Assembly: GCF_035084215.1 (NCBI RefSeq)
Contig: NC_090364.1
Coordinates: 8,680,001-8,744,000, forward strand
Reading direction: 5' to 3'
Origin: Heptranchias perlo
Taxonomy: Eukaryota
DNA length: 64,000 nt
Shown here: positions 29,701 through 41,830 of the stretch, piece by piece
Position numbering within the stretch: position 1 is the stretch's first letter
Layout of the letters: the number at the start of each line of letters is the position of its first letter
Translations under genes and position numbers: made by a program
Notes under the pieces: generated by a model
What the model saw: the letters and a program-made list of their open reading frames with translations, nothing else
The model's database searches: none
Told to the model about the DNA's origin: nothing

Positions 29701-32700
29701 ATGTCCTGCTGTGTTTTTATTCCCGTTACACTGGTGAGCCCATTTTAAACTTTAACAATTTGTATATCCTTTTTTTAAAGTTTCAGTATTTCGTCCCTCA
29801 TTAGTTTTCCTGCCTCCCTTCCGTCTCTGGACTCCCGTTTCCTTCACCAACTCACAGGCTTCCAGGTTCCCTTCCAACCCGCCCACCCACCCAAATCCAA
29901 CCTCATTGAATGTTCTGCTGAGCATATCGGGTCTTCCGCACTGAAATTGAAGTTCCGCCCCTCCAGTTTTGCCCCTGATGTCAACCCCTGCTGATATTTC
30001 TCCTCAGGGACCTCCTGTTGATCATTTTGTGCCGTTTCTGTCCCCCACTGGAGATATCCACTTCCTCGCCCCAATGTCATCCGTGCTGATTCTTCTGCTC
30101 AGCCCTCTTTCTCCGTTTGCTCACGGGACTCCCTTTCTGCTGCGGCAGCTTCTCCTGCCCCCACCTGGCCTAGAGCAAACTTTTTCTGCTCCCGGCAGCT
30201 AATCACTGATTGTGTTTTTGGGAACATGGATATCCTCCCCCTTCACTCTTTCAGCATTGCAGTCCTCGTATTTTGGTTAAGTAGCTGCCACTTTAAGCCT
30301 GTAGGAATTGCTGGATGAAGATAGACCGAGGTCCATCTAGTCCATCCTGGTGGTCGCAGAATGTCAATGGAGAACCTCCCAGTCATGTGTGGAGGACGCT
30401 TAAAATGGCTGGTCTCCATTCAAAATACAAATATCTCCTATTGGCCACCAGTTCTACCTAGTTTTGTATTGAAAGTGTTCCCAATATAGAAAGAGAAAGA
30501 ATTGCATTTATATAGCACTTTTCACAACCTCAACCAAAGCATTTTACAGCCAATAAAGCACTTTACAAGTATAGTCGCTGTTGTCATGTAGAAAACACTG
30601 CAGCCAATTTGCACAAAGCAAGCTCCCACAAACAGCAACACAATGATCAGATAGTCTGTTTTAGAGATGTTGGTTGAGGGGTAAATTTTGGGCCAAAGAC
30701 ACTGGAAAAAAAAACCCCTGCTCTTCTCCGAATAATGCCATTGGATCTTTTACATCCACCTGAGAGAGCAGATGGGGCCTTGGCGTAACATCACGTCCAA
30801 AAGACGGCACCTCTGACAGTGCAGCTCTCCCTCAGTACTGCACCCGGATGTCAGCCTAGATCTTGTGCTCAAGTCTCTGGAGTGGGACTTGACTCCGCAA
30901 CCTTCTGACTCAGGAGGGCAAGAATGCTACCCACTGAGCCAAGGCTGACACCTACTTTAAAATCCACATCTGTCTAGTAAATGAAAATTAGCCTAGAGAG
31001 GCTCCCACCTACTAGTTACACAGTTTCTGTTTGGACTGAAGTCTTTTTTTGCCTTCCTTTACAGTTTTGATAACTATTCTACCACTGTGACGGTTGATGG
31101 TCACGTAGTGAACCTAGGATTGTGGGACACAGCAGGACAGGAAGACTATGACAGGCTCCGACCACTCTCCTACCCGCAGACTGTAAGAATATTAACACAG
31201 CAATTCTCTCTTTGTCTCTCTACTTTCTTCCTTTTACCAAGTTACCTCCTAAGAAAGCACAATAGTTTGACGTGGAGTTCAGCGGAATGAAACAATACTA
31301 TTGTAGGACTACTCGGTTGTTCATTTTACTTTCCTCTTTTCCAGGATGTATTTGTGATCTGTTTTTCCCTGGTCAGCCCTGCTTCTTTTCAAAATGTCCG
31401 TGTCAAGGTGAGTCAGGGGACATTTGGACTTTTAGCACAGGAAGTGGCCATTTAGCTGATTGTATCTGTGTGGGTCACATCGGAGAGATCTACTCCAATC
31501 TGGCTTCTCTGCTATTTTTCCATAAATTTTAATATCGTTCCTTTTCAACTGTTTTTCCAATTCAATGCCTTGACCTCAATCAGCTACTTGTGGTAGTGCA
31601 TTCCATAATCTAATAAAACTGTCTTCTTCCTTTGTGCTTCTGAGTTTATGTCACCTTGTTCCAGATTCACTGTCCAATCATAGAAATTTACAGCACAGAA
31701 GGAGGCCATTTGGCCCATCGTGTCTGTGCCGACTGAAAAGAAGCCATCCAGCTTAATCCCTCTTTCCAGCTCTCGGTCCGTAGTCTTGTAGGTTACAGCA
31801 TCTCAAGTGCACATCCAAGTACTCTTTAAATGCGAAGGGGCCTTGGCGTAACATCACGTCCAAAAGACGGCACCTCCGACAGTGCAGCACTCCCTCAGTA
31901 CTGCATCCGAAATGCGAGGAGTGTTTCTGCCTCTATCACTCTTTCAGGCAGTGAGTTCCAGACCCCCACCACCCTCTGGGTGAAAAGATTTCTCCTCAAC
32001 TCCCCTCTAATCCTTCTACTTCAAATCTATGCCCCCCTGGTTATTGACCTCTCTACTAAGGGAAATAGGCCCTTCCCAACCACTCTATTTAGGCCCCTCA
32101 TAATTTTATACACCAGTAGAAATAATCATCCTTTATTCTCTGAACCCTTTAATAATTTTGAGACGTCCCATTCAACTCCCCCCCTAACCTTCTCTGCTCT
32201 GATGAGTCCAACCTTAGTTTTTCCAAATTTCTCATTGCAACTATATCCTCTCAAGCCTGGTTATCACCCCAGTCCTAGACATTTATTGATTAATGATTTT
32301 TGTGCTCATCAAGGTATTTATAGTCCCCCGCTGTTTAAAGCAGGCGTGTTGGTGTTAACGCGATTTGCCCGCTTTACGTGGTGGACGCTAAAACCAAAAA
32401 GGTAGATTACCAACATATTTTTAAAAACAGGATATCTCACTTAGCGACTGCCTCTCCTAATTGTTAGCAGTTGCATCCAGAATCTCATCACTAAGGTAAT
32501 TGCACTTTAACGAGGTGTGAACAGCTGATTGAACTTGCTCGGAAACCCAACTCCGCCTGAAGTTAGCAGAGCCTTTTAAATTGGTCAGTGGGGGGTAAGT
32601 ACATGGGGAACTGCCTGAAATAGTCGGCATTCTTAATGCGTTATAAGCAGTGCCTTTGTAATTGACTCTTATGGTAATGGGAAATGGTTCGGGCCATTTG

Positions 32701-35700
32701 GCCGAGATAGATGGCTGCCCGTGTTAAGCCAGGGCGTAAGTTGTGGAAACTGTATTACAAATTGTTTTTTTTATATAGAACATTTTGGGATAAATTGTCA
32801 ACTTGCAGCCTGGGCATAAAACTGTCACTGTAGATTGGCCGCCTGTTGTAGAAACGGCCTGAGTTTTGTTTCCGTTGAAATCAATGGAAATACAAATCGG
32901 GCGGTTTCTATAACAAGCTTTACACTGGGGCTCCAAGTTGAAAATTTACCCCTTTCTCTCTCAATAGTTCCCTTAAGTGGACCTTATCTCCTGCAATCCG
33001 GACCCTGTATTTTTAATGATAATCTGCCCTTCTTGGTGTTGCATAACCCAAAGATTAACGATTACCATTACTTGCAGTGATCTCTTTATTGATTAGTAAT
33101 CTAATACTATACTGCCGCTCTCTGGTGAAATATTACACATAAATCATAATTTTTACAGATTTAAGCAACTAAAATTATGCACAATTTAATGGAAATGGAA
33201 AGTGTTAAATAGTTTAGCAAGTCAAAATATTAAATCTAAATCAATAAATTGGGAAAAATCTGAAATGGATTAATTACCCTTTTTTCAGAAAAGCCTATTT
33301 TGGAAGAGTAATTTCTGGATTACTAATGTAATCTGGATTACTCAGTATGTCTTTGACCTCTCCACCTCAGCATCAGTAGGTCCTGAATTATGAAGTATGT
33401 AATGCCAGCCTCACTCTACGAGTCCCGGCCCTCTGATCAAATCTCAGGACTCAGAAATGTTCTGTTCAAAAACTTTCAACATCTTTCAGTAGCTATCCTC
33501 GCAGATTTCCCACATCCCCTTGCTTACCAGGACTATACAATAACTCATTAGCCTAGGAGCTTGTTTTTGGATGCAGTTGGTTTCCCAGGCAAACTGACAA
33601 AGCTTAAAGGTCCCCGAACACCTCCGTTTTAAAGTTCTCATCCTTGTGTTCAAACCCCTCCAAGGCCTCGCCCCTCCTTATCTCTGTAACCTCCTCCAAC
33701 CCTACGACCCTCCAGCAGCTCTGCATTCCTCCAACTCTGGTCCCTACTTCCTTCACTCCACCACTGATGGCCATGCCTTCAGCCCACTAGGTCCTAAGCT
33801 CTGGAAATCCCTCCCTAAAACTCTCTGCCTCTCTCTCCTCCTTTAAGACGCTCTTGAAAACCTATCTCTCTGACCACTTGTCCTAATGTCCCCTTCTTTG
33901 GCTTGGTGTCAATTTTTGGTCTGATTACATTCTTGTGAAGCGCCTTGGGACTTTTTACTACGTTAATGGCGCTATATAAATGCAAGTTGTTAATTATGGA
34001 GTATTACAATTCAGAAATATAAATGGCATTGAATTAAACACAGTATCCTACAGAAACCAAGATACATTTTCATCTGCATAGTTTCACTCCATTTACATGT
34101 TACTAGATAAAAACAATTAATAAACTTATCTCATTCTGGAAGTTTGCTGTTTACAACATAGCTCAACTTCATTTTGAGCTATAAATAAATCCATCCCTTC
34201 AATAGGATCAGGCTCAGCTGTGATGCCTCTTGCGGCCAAATAATTCGCTAAAACCTATTGTTCAGACTTGCAACGTGAATGGCCAATCGGGCAAGGCACC
34301 AGAGGGAAGAGAAGAAAATTGTCAGGGAGGAAAATTTCTTGAAAAAAGGATAGGTGTTTGGGGAATAAGAATAGTGTTCTTGGGTTTCCAACTGATCTGC
34401 GTGAGAAAATGCCAGTGTGCCTACAAGTTCAGCATGTAGCTATATTGCCAATAAAGAAACCTTGGGGTAGAATTTCCCCAGAGTTCTCATGTAAGTTTGA
34501 CGGAGGATCGGTGGAAACGGCGTAAAAGACCAGTTACGCTGTATTTCCCGCCAAAGTCATGGCAGGAGAGCGGAAATTCCAGATGATTTTCTGCAATGGT
34601 GGCAGTGTTTGCCTTCAGGTAGAGGACAAAATGGGCAGTGTCACATCGGACGCCCGTTATACGCCCAGATATTCAATCCCATTGACCTCAACAGACCGGA
34701 GTATCGGCGGGGCGTAAAACGGACATTCCATTCGATACGGGCCACGATGAACATCTACCCTGTTGTCTTTAAGAAGTTGAGTCGAGGTGAGTCCCAGGGA
34801 GTGTGTCAATATTTGCAGGGGATGCACCAGCACAGGGAACTTAGTAAACCACCAGACTAATCCAATATCCCGAGCTTCTAAACATTCTGTTCAACATTTG
34901 CCCATTTGCTTTCGGTTTATTTGTTTCAATTTGCATTTAACACTTAGAAATTTTGGCCCTCGTGGGTGGGAGAGACAGAAAATGCAAATGCTGGATGGAA
35001 TTTGAATGATTTATGACCTGCCCCAATTCAGTTTCCCTCATTATTTCTGTGTAATAGACAAAGCTTCCAACAGGAAGACAGTCAGGATTTGGATCACTGT
35101 AACAGGAGCACAGATCTCAAAGGTTACCAGTCATCTGCTTCCTACTACCTTCGTAGAATCATAGAATGATACAGCACAGAAGGAGGCCATTCGTCCCATC
35201 GTGCCTGTGCCAGCTCTTTGAAAGAGCAATCCAATTAGTCTCACTCCCCTTCTCTTTCCCCGTAGCCCTGCAGATTTTTCAAGTGTTTAACTAATTCCCT
35301 TTTGAAAATTATTATTGAATCTGCTTTCCAGATCATAACAACTCGCTGTGTAAAAAATGTTCTCCTCGTCTCACCTCGTTTTTTGCCAATTGCCTTAAAT
35401 CTGTGTCCTGATGAGTTCTGACGAAAGGTCTTCGACCTGAAACGTTAACTCTGTTTCTTTCTCCACAGATGCTCCCTCACTTGCTGAGCTTCTCCAGCAT
35501 TTTCTGTTTTTATTTCCAATCTCCATCATCTGCAGTATTTTGCTTTTGGTTAAATCTGTGTCCTCCGATTAACGACCCGTCTGCCACTGGAAACAGTTTC
35601 TCCTTATTTACTCTATCAAAACCCTTCATGATTTTGAACACCTCTATCAAATCTCCCCTTAACCTTCTCTGCTCCAAGGAGAACAACCCCAGTTTCTCTA

Positions 35701-38550
35701 GTCTCTCCACATAACTGAAGTTACTCTAAACCATTTTCTCAGGCGCTACAATTTTGTGCAGTATAATATTGGCCTTATTCTCAAACAGCTGCCCTTTGGC
35801 ATCCATTACAATGCAGTTCAATAGTACATCACTCAGTGGAAAAATTGGCCGTCAAATTGTTAGAAAACTGACCAGGCAGCGCTCCACAGTCTGGGAAAGT
35901 CATGGATTAACGTAGGAAATTATGTAATGATTCTTGATTTCAATAACAATGAGAATACAGGGAGGAGGGGGAACATGTAGAACGGCACATTTGGACTCTA
36001 GTGGGAACAAGAGAAGAAAACTTAGATGGTCAAAGACTTTAATAGTGCAGATAAAGTAGAGAAAGACAAAGGTTCTGATGGGGGAGATGGGGGCAAGAGG
36101 TGAGAGGAGGTGCACCGATCAGATGACGAGTCTTTTTTAAGTATTCCTACCAGGAATGTGGGTGAGATGTCCAAGATTCTCCAGATATGATGCAAATAAT
36201 GGGCTAGATTTTCCATCCATTGATTATGAATGGATGGCAATGACATCACATGAATGGAGAACATAAGAACATAAGAAATAGGAGCGGGAGTAGGCCATGC
36301 GGCCCCTCGAGCCTTCTCCGTCATTCAATAAGATGTTGGCTGATCTTCAACCTCAACTCCATTTTCCTGCCTTATCCCCATATCCCTTGATTCCCTTAGA
36401 GTGCAAAAATCTATCGATCTCCGCTTTGAATATACTCAACGACTGAGCATCCACAGCCCTCTGGGGTTGGGAATTCCAAATATTCACGACCCTCTGAGTG
36501 AAGAAATTTCTCCTCATCTCAGTCCTAAATGGCCGACCCCTTATCCTGACACTATGTCCCCTAGTTCTAGACTCTCAAGCTGGGGGAAACAATATGGCTT
36601 CCATAGCTTTGATATACAAGCACAATAGTAAACAAAAGTAAACCTTAAATGGAACCATGTTGGCCAAATTTTCTGCGCCAATAAGTCAGCACTTGACCAT
36701 TTTTTTTGCTTCTCCTTACACAGTGGCACCCTGAGGTGAAACGACACTGCCCCAACTCTCCCATCATCCTTGTGGGCACCAAGCTGGACTTGCGAGATGA
36801 CAAAGAAACCATAGAGAAACTGAAGGAGAAGAACCTGGCGCCCATCAGCCACGAACAAGGCGCACAGATAGCGAAGGAGATTGGTATGTGACATTTCTAC
36901 AAGAGGAGCAAAAAGCTTTTTTTGCACATTGGTTTGACCATTGACAGTCTCATGAGTGGCGACATATATTGGATCATAGTGTTAATAAGGGCATGGGGTA
37001 AGGTGTGTGCCCATCCTCTGAACAAAAAGAAATCAATCAAGTTCAAGATGCAATGGAATATTTATAGTCACTTGACGACCAAATGTTCACATCTCCTCTA
37101 GGGCTCGATATCCGTTCATGTTTTTATGAGACACAATCAAATTAGCCCTGGAGCAAGATCTCCATATACTATCTGATCTGCAAGTCAAAATCGCTGGCCT
37201 GTATCCCGAAAACTATCTCCCCCGCCAAAACCCGTTCTCCATTTTGTGGGCAGAAGGGGAAGACAGCTAGGCCCAGAAATTCAGCAGACTTTTTTTATTT
37301 GTTCATGGGATGTGGGCGTCGCTTGCAAGGCCTGCATTTATTGCCCATCCCTAATTGTCCTTGAGAAGATGCTGGTGAGCCGCCTTCTTGAACCGCTGCA
37401 GTCCCTGTGGTGAAGGTTCTCCCACAGTGCTGTTAGGTAGGGAGTTCCAGGATTTTGACCCAGCGACGATGAAGGAACGGCCGATATATTTCCAAGTCGG
37501 GATGGTGTGTGACTTGGAGGGGAACGTGCAGGTGGTGTTATTCCCATGTGCCTGCTGCCCCTGTCCTTCTAGGTGGTAGAAGTCGCGGATTTGGGAGGTG
37601 CTGTGGAAGAAGCCCTGGCAAGTCGCTGCAGTGCATCCAGTGGATAGTACACACTGCAGCCACGGTGCGCCGGTGGTGAAGAGAGTGAATGTTTAGGGTG
37701 GTGGATGGGATGCCAATCAAGCGGGCTGCTTTGTCCTGGATGGTGTCGAGCTTCTTGAGTGTTGTTACTGGCTCTAAATGGCCCGCAAGGCCTCCAACAT
37801 GGCGGGCAGGGAGCACATGCTCATTATGAGCTGGAAGTGCGTCACCCGCCATATTGGTAAAGGCCAAAAGATCGGTGTGCAGTGCTCACACCTGAAACAG
37901 ACGTTAGGTCCTTTGCAAATGTAAATGAAGGGCATAACGCCTGTTTGAAGAACGCCAGCCACTACCCACCCACCGATCACTGCCGCTATTTCCCAACCCG
38001 GTTGCCCTCAATTCCTCACTTACCCGAGGGCCGCTGCTTGGGCAGCTCGCCGCCATGACGTCAATGAGGCCCTATATCGTCGGGGGTGCCTTGATTATTC
38101 CCTGTGCTTACCCCCACCCTGCCACCTCCCCCCGCACCCCCTCCCTGCCCCCACGCAGCCAAAAATGGGCACACCCAAATTTCCAGGCCCTTCTACCTTA
38201 ACAATAGTTCATTCAGAAACATTACGTAATAGGGCCAATTTCACAAAAGTCTACTCCCCGGGGATGAGTCTCACTCACCGGCCATCCACATCAGGAAATC
38301 GCAGGCATGCTGCCCACGATCCGTTAAAGTCGATAAAGGAAGTTTTGGAGGGGGAGGTACTGAGCAAAATACAATAGGAGGACAAGAGCTGAAAGTGTCT
38401 GTCTTATTTTTAATTTCTACAGGAGCGGTGAAGTTTATTGAAAGTTCGGCGTTCAAACAGAAGGGCCTAAAGATGATATTCGAGGAGGCCATTCGGGCTG
38501 TGATCTTCCAACCAGTACAGAAGAGAAAGTTACAGTGCCGTGTTCTGTAG
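26683..38550 (+). CDS. Divergent Rac-subfamily Rho GTPase (191 aa; 192 if the in-frame ATG at 26680 is used), join(26683..26717,27427..27498,31065..31182,31345..31407,36724..36883,38423..38550)
   Basis: [191 protein letters not shown]; exon sizes 35/72/118/63/160/128 follow the RAC1-type structure. Confidence 0.95.
26945..27240 (+). mobile_element. L2-type 3' fragment (Rac intron 1)
   Basis: [12 protein letters not shown] motif and tail. Confidence 0.75.
27427..27498 (+). CDS. Rac-like gene 1 exon 2
   Basis: [24 protein letters not shown]; AG/GT borders. Confidence 0.95.
27957..28317. mobile_element. hAT-type MITE
   Basis: TIRs TAGGGTTGCCA / TGGCAACCCAA; perfect 8-bp TSD GTCAGCTT (27949-27956, 28318-28325). 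Confidence 0.85.
29400..29520 (+). mobile_element. LINE 3' end fragment (family of 62990-63840)
   Basis: CACCACACGGACTGCA..GGGCAATTAGGGATGGGCAATAAATGC. Confidence 0.8.
30490..30952 (-). mobile_element. Deu-domain SINE, full length
   Basis: Reverse complement similar to 5817-6265, including the tRNA-like head. Confidence 0.8.
31065..31182 (+). CDS. Rac-like gene 1 exon 3
   Basis: [26 protein letters not shown]. Confidence 0.95.
31345..31407 (+). CDS. Rac-like gene 1 exon 4
   Basis: [21 protein letters not shown]. Confidence 0.95.
31678..32270 (-). mobile_element. CR1 3' fragment(s) with a 74-bp SINE-derived insert
   Basis: CATAGAA tail, antisense ORF2 C-terminus. Confidence 0.75.
32786..32952. 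mobile_element. Palindromic MITE
   Basis: GGGATAAATTGTCAACTTG / CAAGTTGAAAATTTACCCC termini; central TTTCCGTTGAAATCAATGGAAA palindrome. Confidence 0.7.
33620..33991 (+). mobile_element. L2-type 3' fragment
   Basis: [12 protein letters not shown].. and tail. Confidence 0.75.
35153..35720 (-). mobile_element. CR1 3' fragment interrupted by a Penelope-derived insert (35410-35549)
   Basis: Minus ORF 35510-35710 [25 protein letters not shown]; insert flanked by 15-bp TSD TTAAATCTGTGTCCT. Confidence 0.85.
35413..35451 (+). ncRNA. Minimal type I hammerhead ribozyme-like motif
   Basis: GAGUU-CUGACGA-A-AGGUC(UUC)GACCU-GAAA-CG-UU-AACUC; 5-bp stem I, 5-bp stem II, palindromic AACGUU. Confidence 0.65.
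36258..36592 (-). mobile_element. CR1 3' fragment
   Basis: AGAACATAAGAACATAAGAAATAGGAGC tail, same family as 9161-11712. Confidence 0.85.
36724..36883 (+). CDS. Rac-like gene 1 exon 5
   Basis: [27 protein letters not shown] (G4 motif and Rho insert). Confidence 0.95.
37290..37765 (-). mobile_element. LINE 3' fragment (family of 62990-63840)
   Basis: [26 protein letters not shown] in minus ORF 37538-37867. Confidence 0.85.
38423..38550 (+). CDS. Rac-like gene 1 exon 6 (coding)
   Basis: [12 protein letters not shown]...[13 protein letters not shown] box. Confidence 0.93.
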
Positions 38551-38666
38551 AGTAATTATCTAGAAATTATTGGTGGGGTAAACCCAGGGCAATTTCTGAG
38601 ACGTCGTGCAACATAAAGGAGTTTGAAATCGATTGGAGTTTTTGTTACCAATCTTCTCCCCTCTTA

Positions 38667-39030
38667 TAGAATCATAGAATCTTACAGCACGGAAGGAGGC
38701 CATTCGGCCCATCGTGCCTATGCCGCCTATTTGAAAGAGCTATCCAATTAGTCCCACTCCCCTGCTCTTTCCTCACAGCCCTGCAATTTTCTCCCCTTCA
38801 AGTATTTATCCAATTCCCTTTTGAAAGTTACTACTGAATCTGCTTCCACCGCCCTTTCAGGTGGTGGGTTCCAGATCATATCAACTCGCTGCGTAAAAAG
38901 ATTTCTCCTCATCTTACCTCTGGCTCTTTGGCCAACTACATTAAATCTGTGTCCTCTGGTTATTGACCCTTCTTCCAATGGAAACAGTTTCTCCTTATTT
39001 ACTCTATCAAAACCCTTCATGATTTTGAAC
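38667..39030 (-). mobile_element. CR1 3' fragment
   Basis: Minus ORF 38748-39020. Confidence 0.85.
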
Positions 39031-39324
39031 GCCTCTTCTCCTGAAGGCCTTGGGAATGAAGTCCCATGGCTACTGGATGCTCTCCTGTACTTCTCCCAAG
39101 TGGCAATTGTTCATATGTGAGACATTAGCTGGTTGGAGGGTTTCACTATCCCTGTTCCTCACTGGACTTCCCAGCAGAGGTTTTAGGCCCTTTGTTTTTT
39201 AATCTTTTGTTTTGGGAGGTGGAGAATTTGACTTGGCACTTTTAGAAAGGCCAGCAAAGAAACCAAAATAAATTCACTGCCAAAATTTCCTTTGGAGAGG
39301 CACCAGTGCAAATCAGCTACAACA

Positions 39325-39805
39325 CCAGGAGGTGCAGCACAGATTCACCAGAATGATACCAGGGCTTAAAGGGTGAAATTATGAGGACAACCTTGGCTTG
39401 TATTCCCTTGAGTATAGAAGAGGTGATCTGATCGAGGTGTTTAAAATGTTAAAAGGATTTCATAGGGTAGGTACAGAGAAGCCATTTCCTCTGGTGAGGG
39501 GAATCAAGAACAAGGGGACACAATCTTCAAATTAGAGCCAGGCCATTCAGGAGCGAAATTAGGAAGCACTTTTTCACTCAAAGGGTAGTAGAAATCTGGA
39601 ATTCTCAACCCTCAAAAGGCTGTGGGGTCTGGGGGAGAATTGGAGCTTTCAAGACCGTGATAGATTTTTGTTGGGTAAGGGTATCGAGGGATACGGAGCA
39701 AAGGTGGGAAAATGGAGTCGATGGGGCAGATCAGCCGTGATCTAATTGAATGGCGGAGCAGGCTCGAGGGGCTGAATGGCCTCTTCCTGTTCCTTATGTT
39801 CCGTA
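39325..39805 (+). mobile_element. CR1 3' fragment
   Basis: Degraded ORF2 C-terminus and 3' hairpin. Confidence 0.75.
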
Positions 39806-39859
39806 TGCTCCAGGCACCATTCCAATCAAGCAAGTTCCTGTTAAGGGTGAACATTAGGC

Positions 39860-41471
39860 TCCAAAGTGCTTCTGTCTTTACCAAGGAAAAATATACCAGT
39901 AAAGGAAGATTTGGTTGAGATACTGGCTGGGCTAAAAATTGATAAAGAGGAGGTACTTGAAAGGCTGGCTGTGCTTAAAGTAGATAAGTCACCCGGTCCG
40001 GATGCGATGCATCCTAAGCTGCTGAGGGAAGTAAGGGTGGAAATTACGGAAGTACTGGCCATAATCTTCCAAACATCTGTAGATACAGGGAGTGGTTCCA
40101 GAGGACTGGAGAATTGCAAATGTTACACCCTTGTTCAAAAAAGGGTGTAAGGATAAACCCAGCAACTATAGGTCAGTCAGTTTAACCTCAGTGGTGGGGA
40201 AACTTTTAGAAACGATAATCCAGGACAGAATTAACAGTCATTTGGATGAGGGTGGATTGATTAGGGAAAGCCAACATGGGTTTGTTAAAGGCAAATCATG
40301 TTTAACTAACCTGATAGAGTTTTTTGATGAGATAACAGAGAGGGTAGATGAGGGCAATGCAGTTGATGTGGTGTATATGGACTTTCAAAAGGCGTTTGAT
40401 AAAGTGCCACATGGTAGGCTTATCATCAAGATTGCAGCCCATGGAATAAAGGGGGCAGCAGCAACATGGATACAGAATTGGCTAAGTGACAGCAAACAGA
40501 CACTAATGGTGAACGGTTGTTTTATGGACTGGAGGGAGGTGTACAGTGGTGTTCCCCAGGGGTCGGTGCTGGGACCACTGCTTTTCTTGATATATATTAA
40601 TGACTTGGACTTGGGTGTACAGGGCACAATTTCCAAATTTGCAGATGACACAAAACTTGGAAGGATAGTGAACAGTGAGGAGGATAGTGATAGACTTCAA
40701 GAGGATAAAGACAGGCTGGTGACATGGGCAGACACGTGGCAGATGAAATTTATTGCAGAAAAATGCAGAATGATACATTTCAGTAGGAAGAATGAGGAGA
40801 GACAATATAAACTAGAGGGTACAACTCTAAAAAGGGTAAAGGAACAGAGAGATCTGGGGGTGTCTGTGCACAAATTGTTGAAGGTGGCAGGGCAGGTTGA
40901 GAAAATGGTTAAAAAAGCATATGGGATCCTAGGCTTTATAAATAGAGGCATAGAGTGCAAAAGTATGGAAGTCATGATGAACCATTATAAAACACTGGTT
41001 TTGGCCACAACTAGAGCATTGAATCCAGTTCTGGGCACTGCACTTCAGGAAAGATGTGAAGACCTTTGAAAGGGTGCAGAAGAGATTTACTAGAATGATT
41101 CCAGGGATGAGGGACTTTAGTTACGTGGAGAGATTGGAGAAGCTAGGGTTGTTCTCCTTGGAACAGAGACAGTAGAACCAGAGGACATAGATTTAAGGTG
41201 ATTGGCAAAAGAACCAAAGGTGACATGAGGAAAACATTTTTTACACAGCGAGTGCTTAGGATCTGGAATGCACTGCCCGAGGGGGTGGTGGAGGCACATT
41301 CAATCATGGTCTTCAAAAGGAAACTGGATAAGTACTTGAAAGGAAAAAATTTGCCGGGCTATGGGGATAGGGCGGGGGAATGGGACTACCTGGATTGCTC
41401 TTGCATAGAGCCGGCATGGACTCGATGGGCCGAATGGCCTCCTTCCACGCTGTAACCTTTCTATGATTCTA
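39860..41471 (+). mobile_element. CR1 LINE, 5'-truncated, RT domain
   Basis: ORF 40092-41069 with NYRSVSLTS, QHGF, YMDFQKAFDKV, GVPQGSVLGP, KFADD; TTCTATGA tail. Confidence 0.95.
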
Positions 41472-41489
41472 GGAGACCCAGATTTAAAA

Positions 41490-41830
41490 GAGGCACAGTG
41501 GATTAGACAGTGACCTTATATTTCTGGCACTCTGGTTCAGATCCAGCCCAGACTTCTCTCTCTTTCTCTGTTTGCTGTAAAGATCCTATGTGAATGTGGC
41601 AGAACAGCTTAGATTATCTCCCAGTGGGTGTGGGGACCACAGCGTAAAGCCGTCCCTAATTTGGCATTAAACTGGCAATCTCAGTCGGAGGGCGTAGGAT
41701 GGCTATTATTGGAAATGTGAAAATGATATACTGGTGCAGTTAGGGCTGGGGGCCAATGTTGCAGTAAAATAGAGGGAGTTTTACTCAGCATCTTAGCTAT
41801 GCTGTACTTGACTTGGGATTTCTCAATGCT
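41490..41830 (+). mobile_element. Old tRNA-derived SINE resembling LF-SINE
   Basis: TGGTTCAGATCCAGCCCAG B-box and AATTTGGCATTAAACTGGCAATCTCAGTCGGAGGG recall the LF-SINE consensus (from memory). Confidence 0.4.

Noticed and set aside
31183-31344. Rac1b-type alternative exon 3b
   Set aside because: The 162-nt intron shows no recognisable 57-nt exon
26683-38550. RhoG or Cdc42 identity
   Set aside because: Six coding exons with RAC1-type sizes, plus W56 and the [12 protein letters not shown] insert, indicate the Rac subfamily
40092-41069. 325-aa reverse transcriptase ORF as a host gene or active element
   Set aside because: Part of a 5'-truncated, frameshifted CR1 copy
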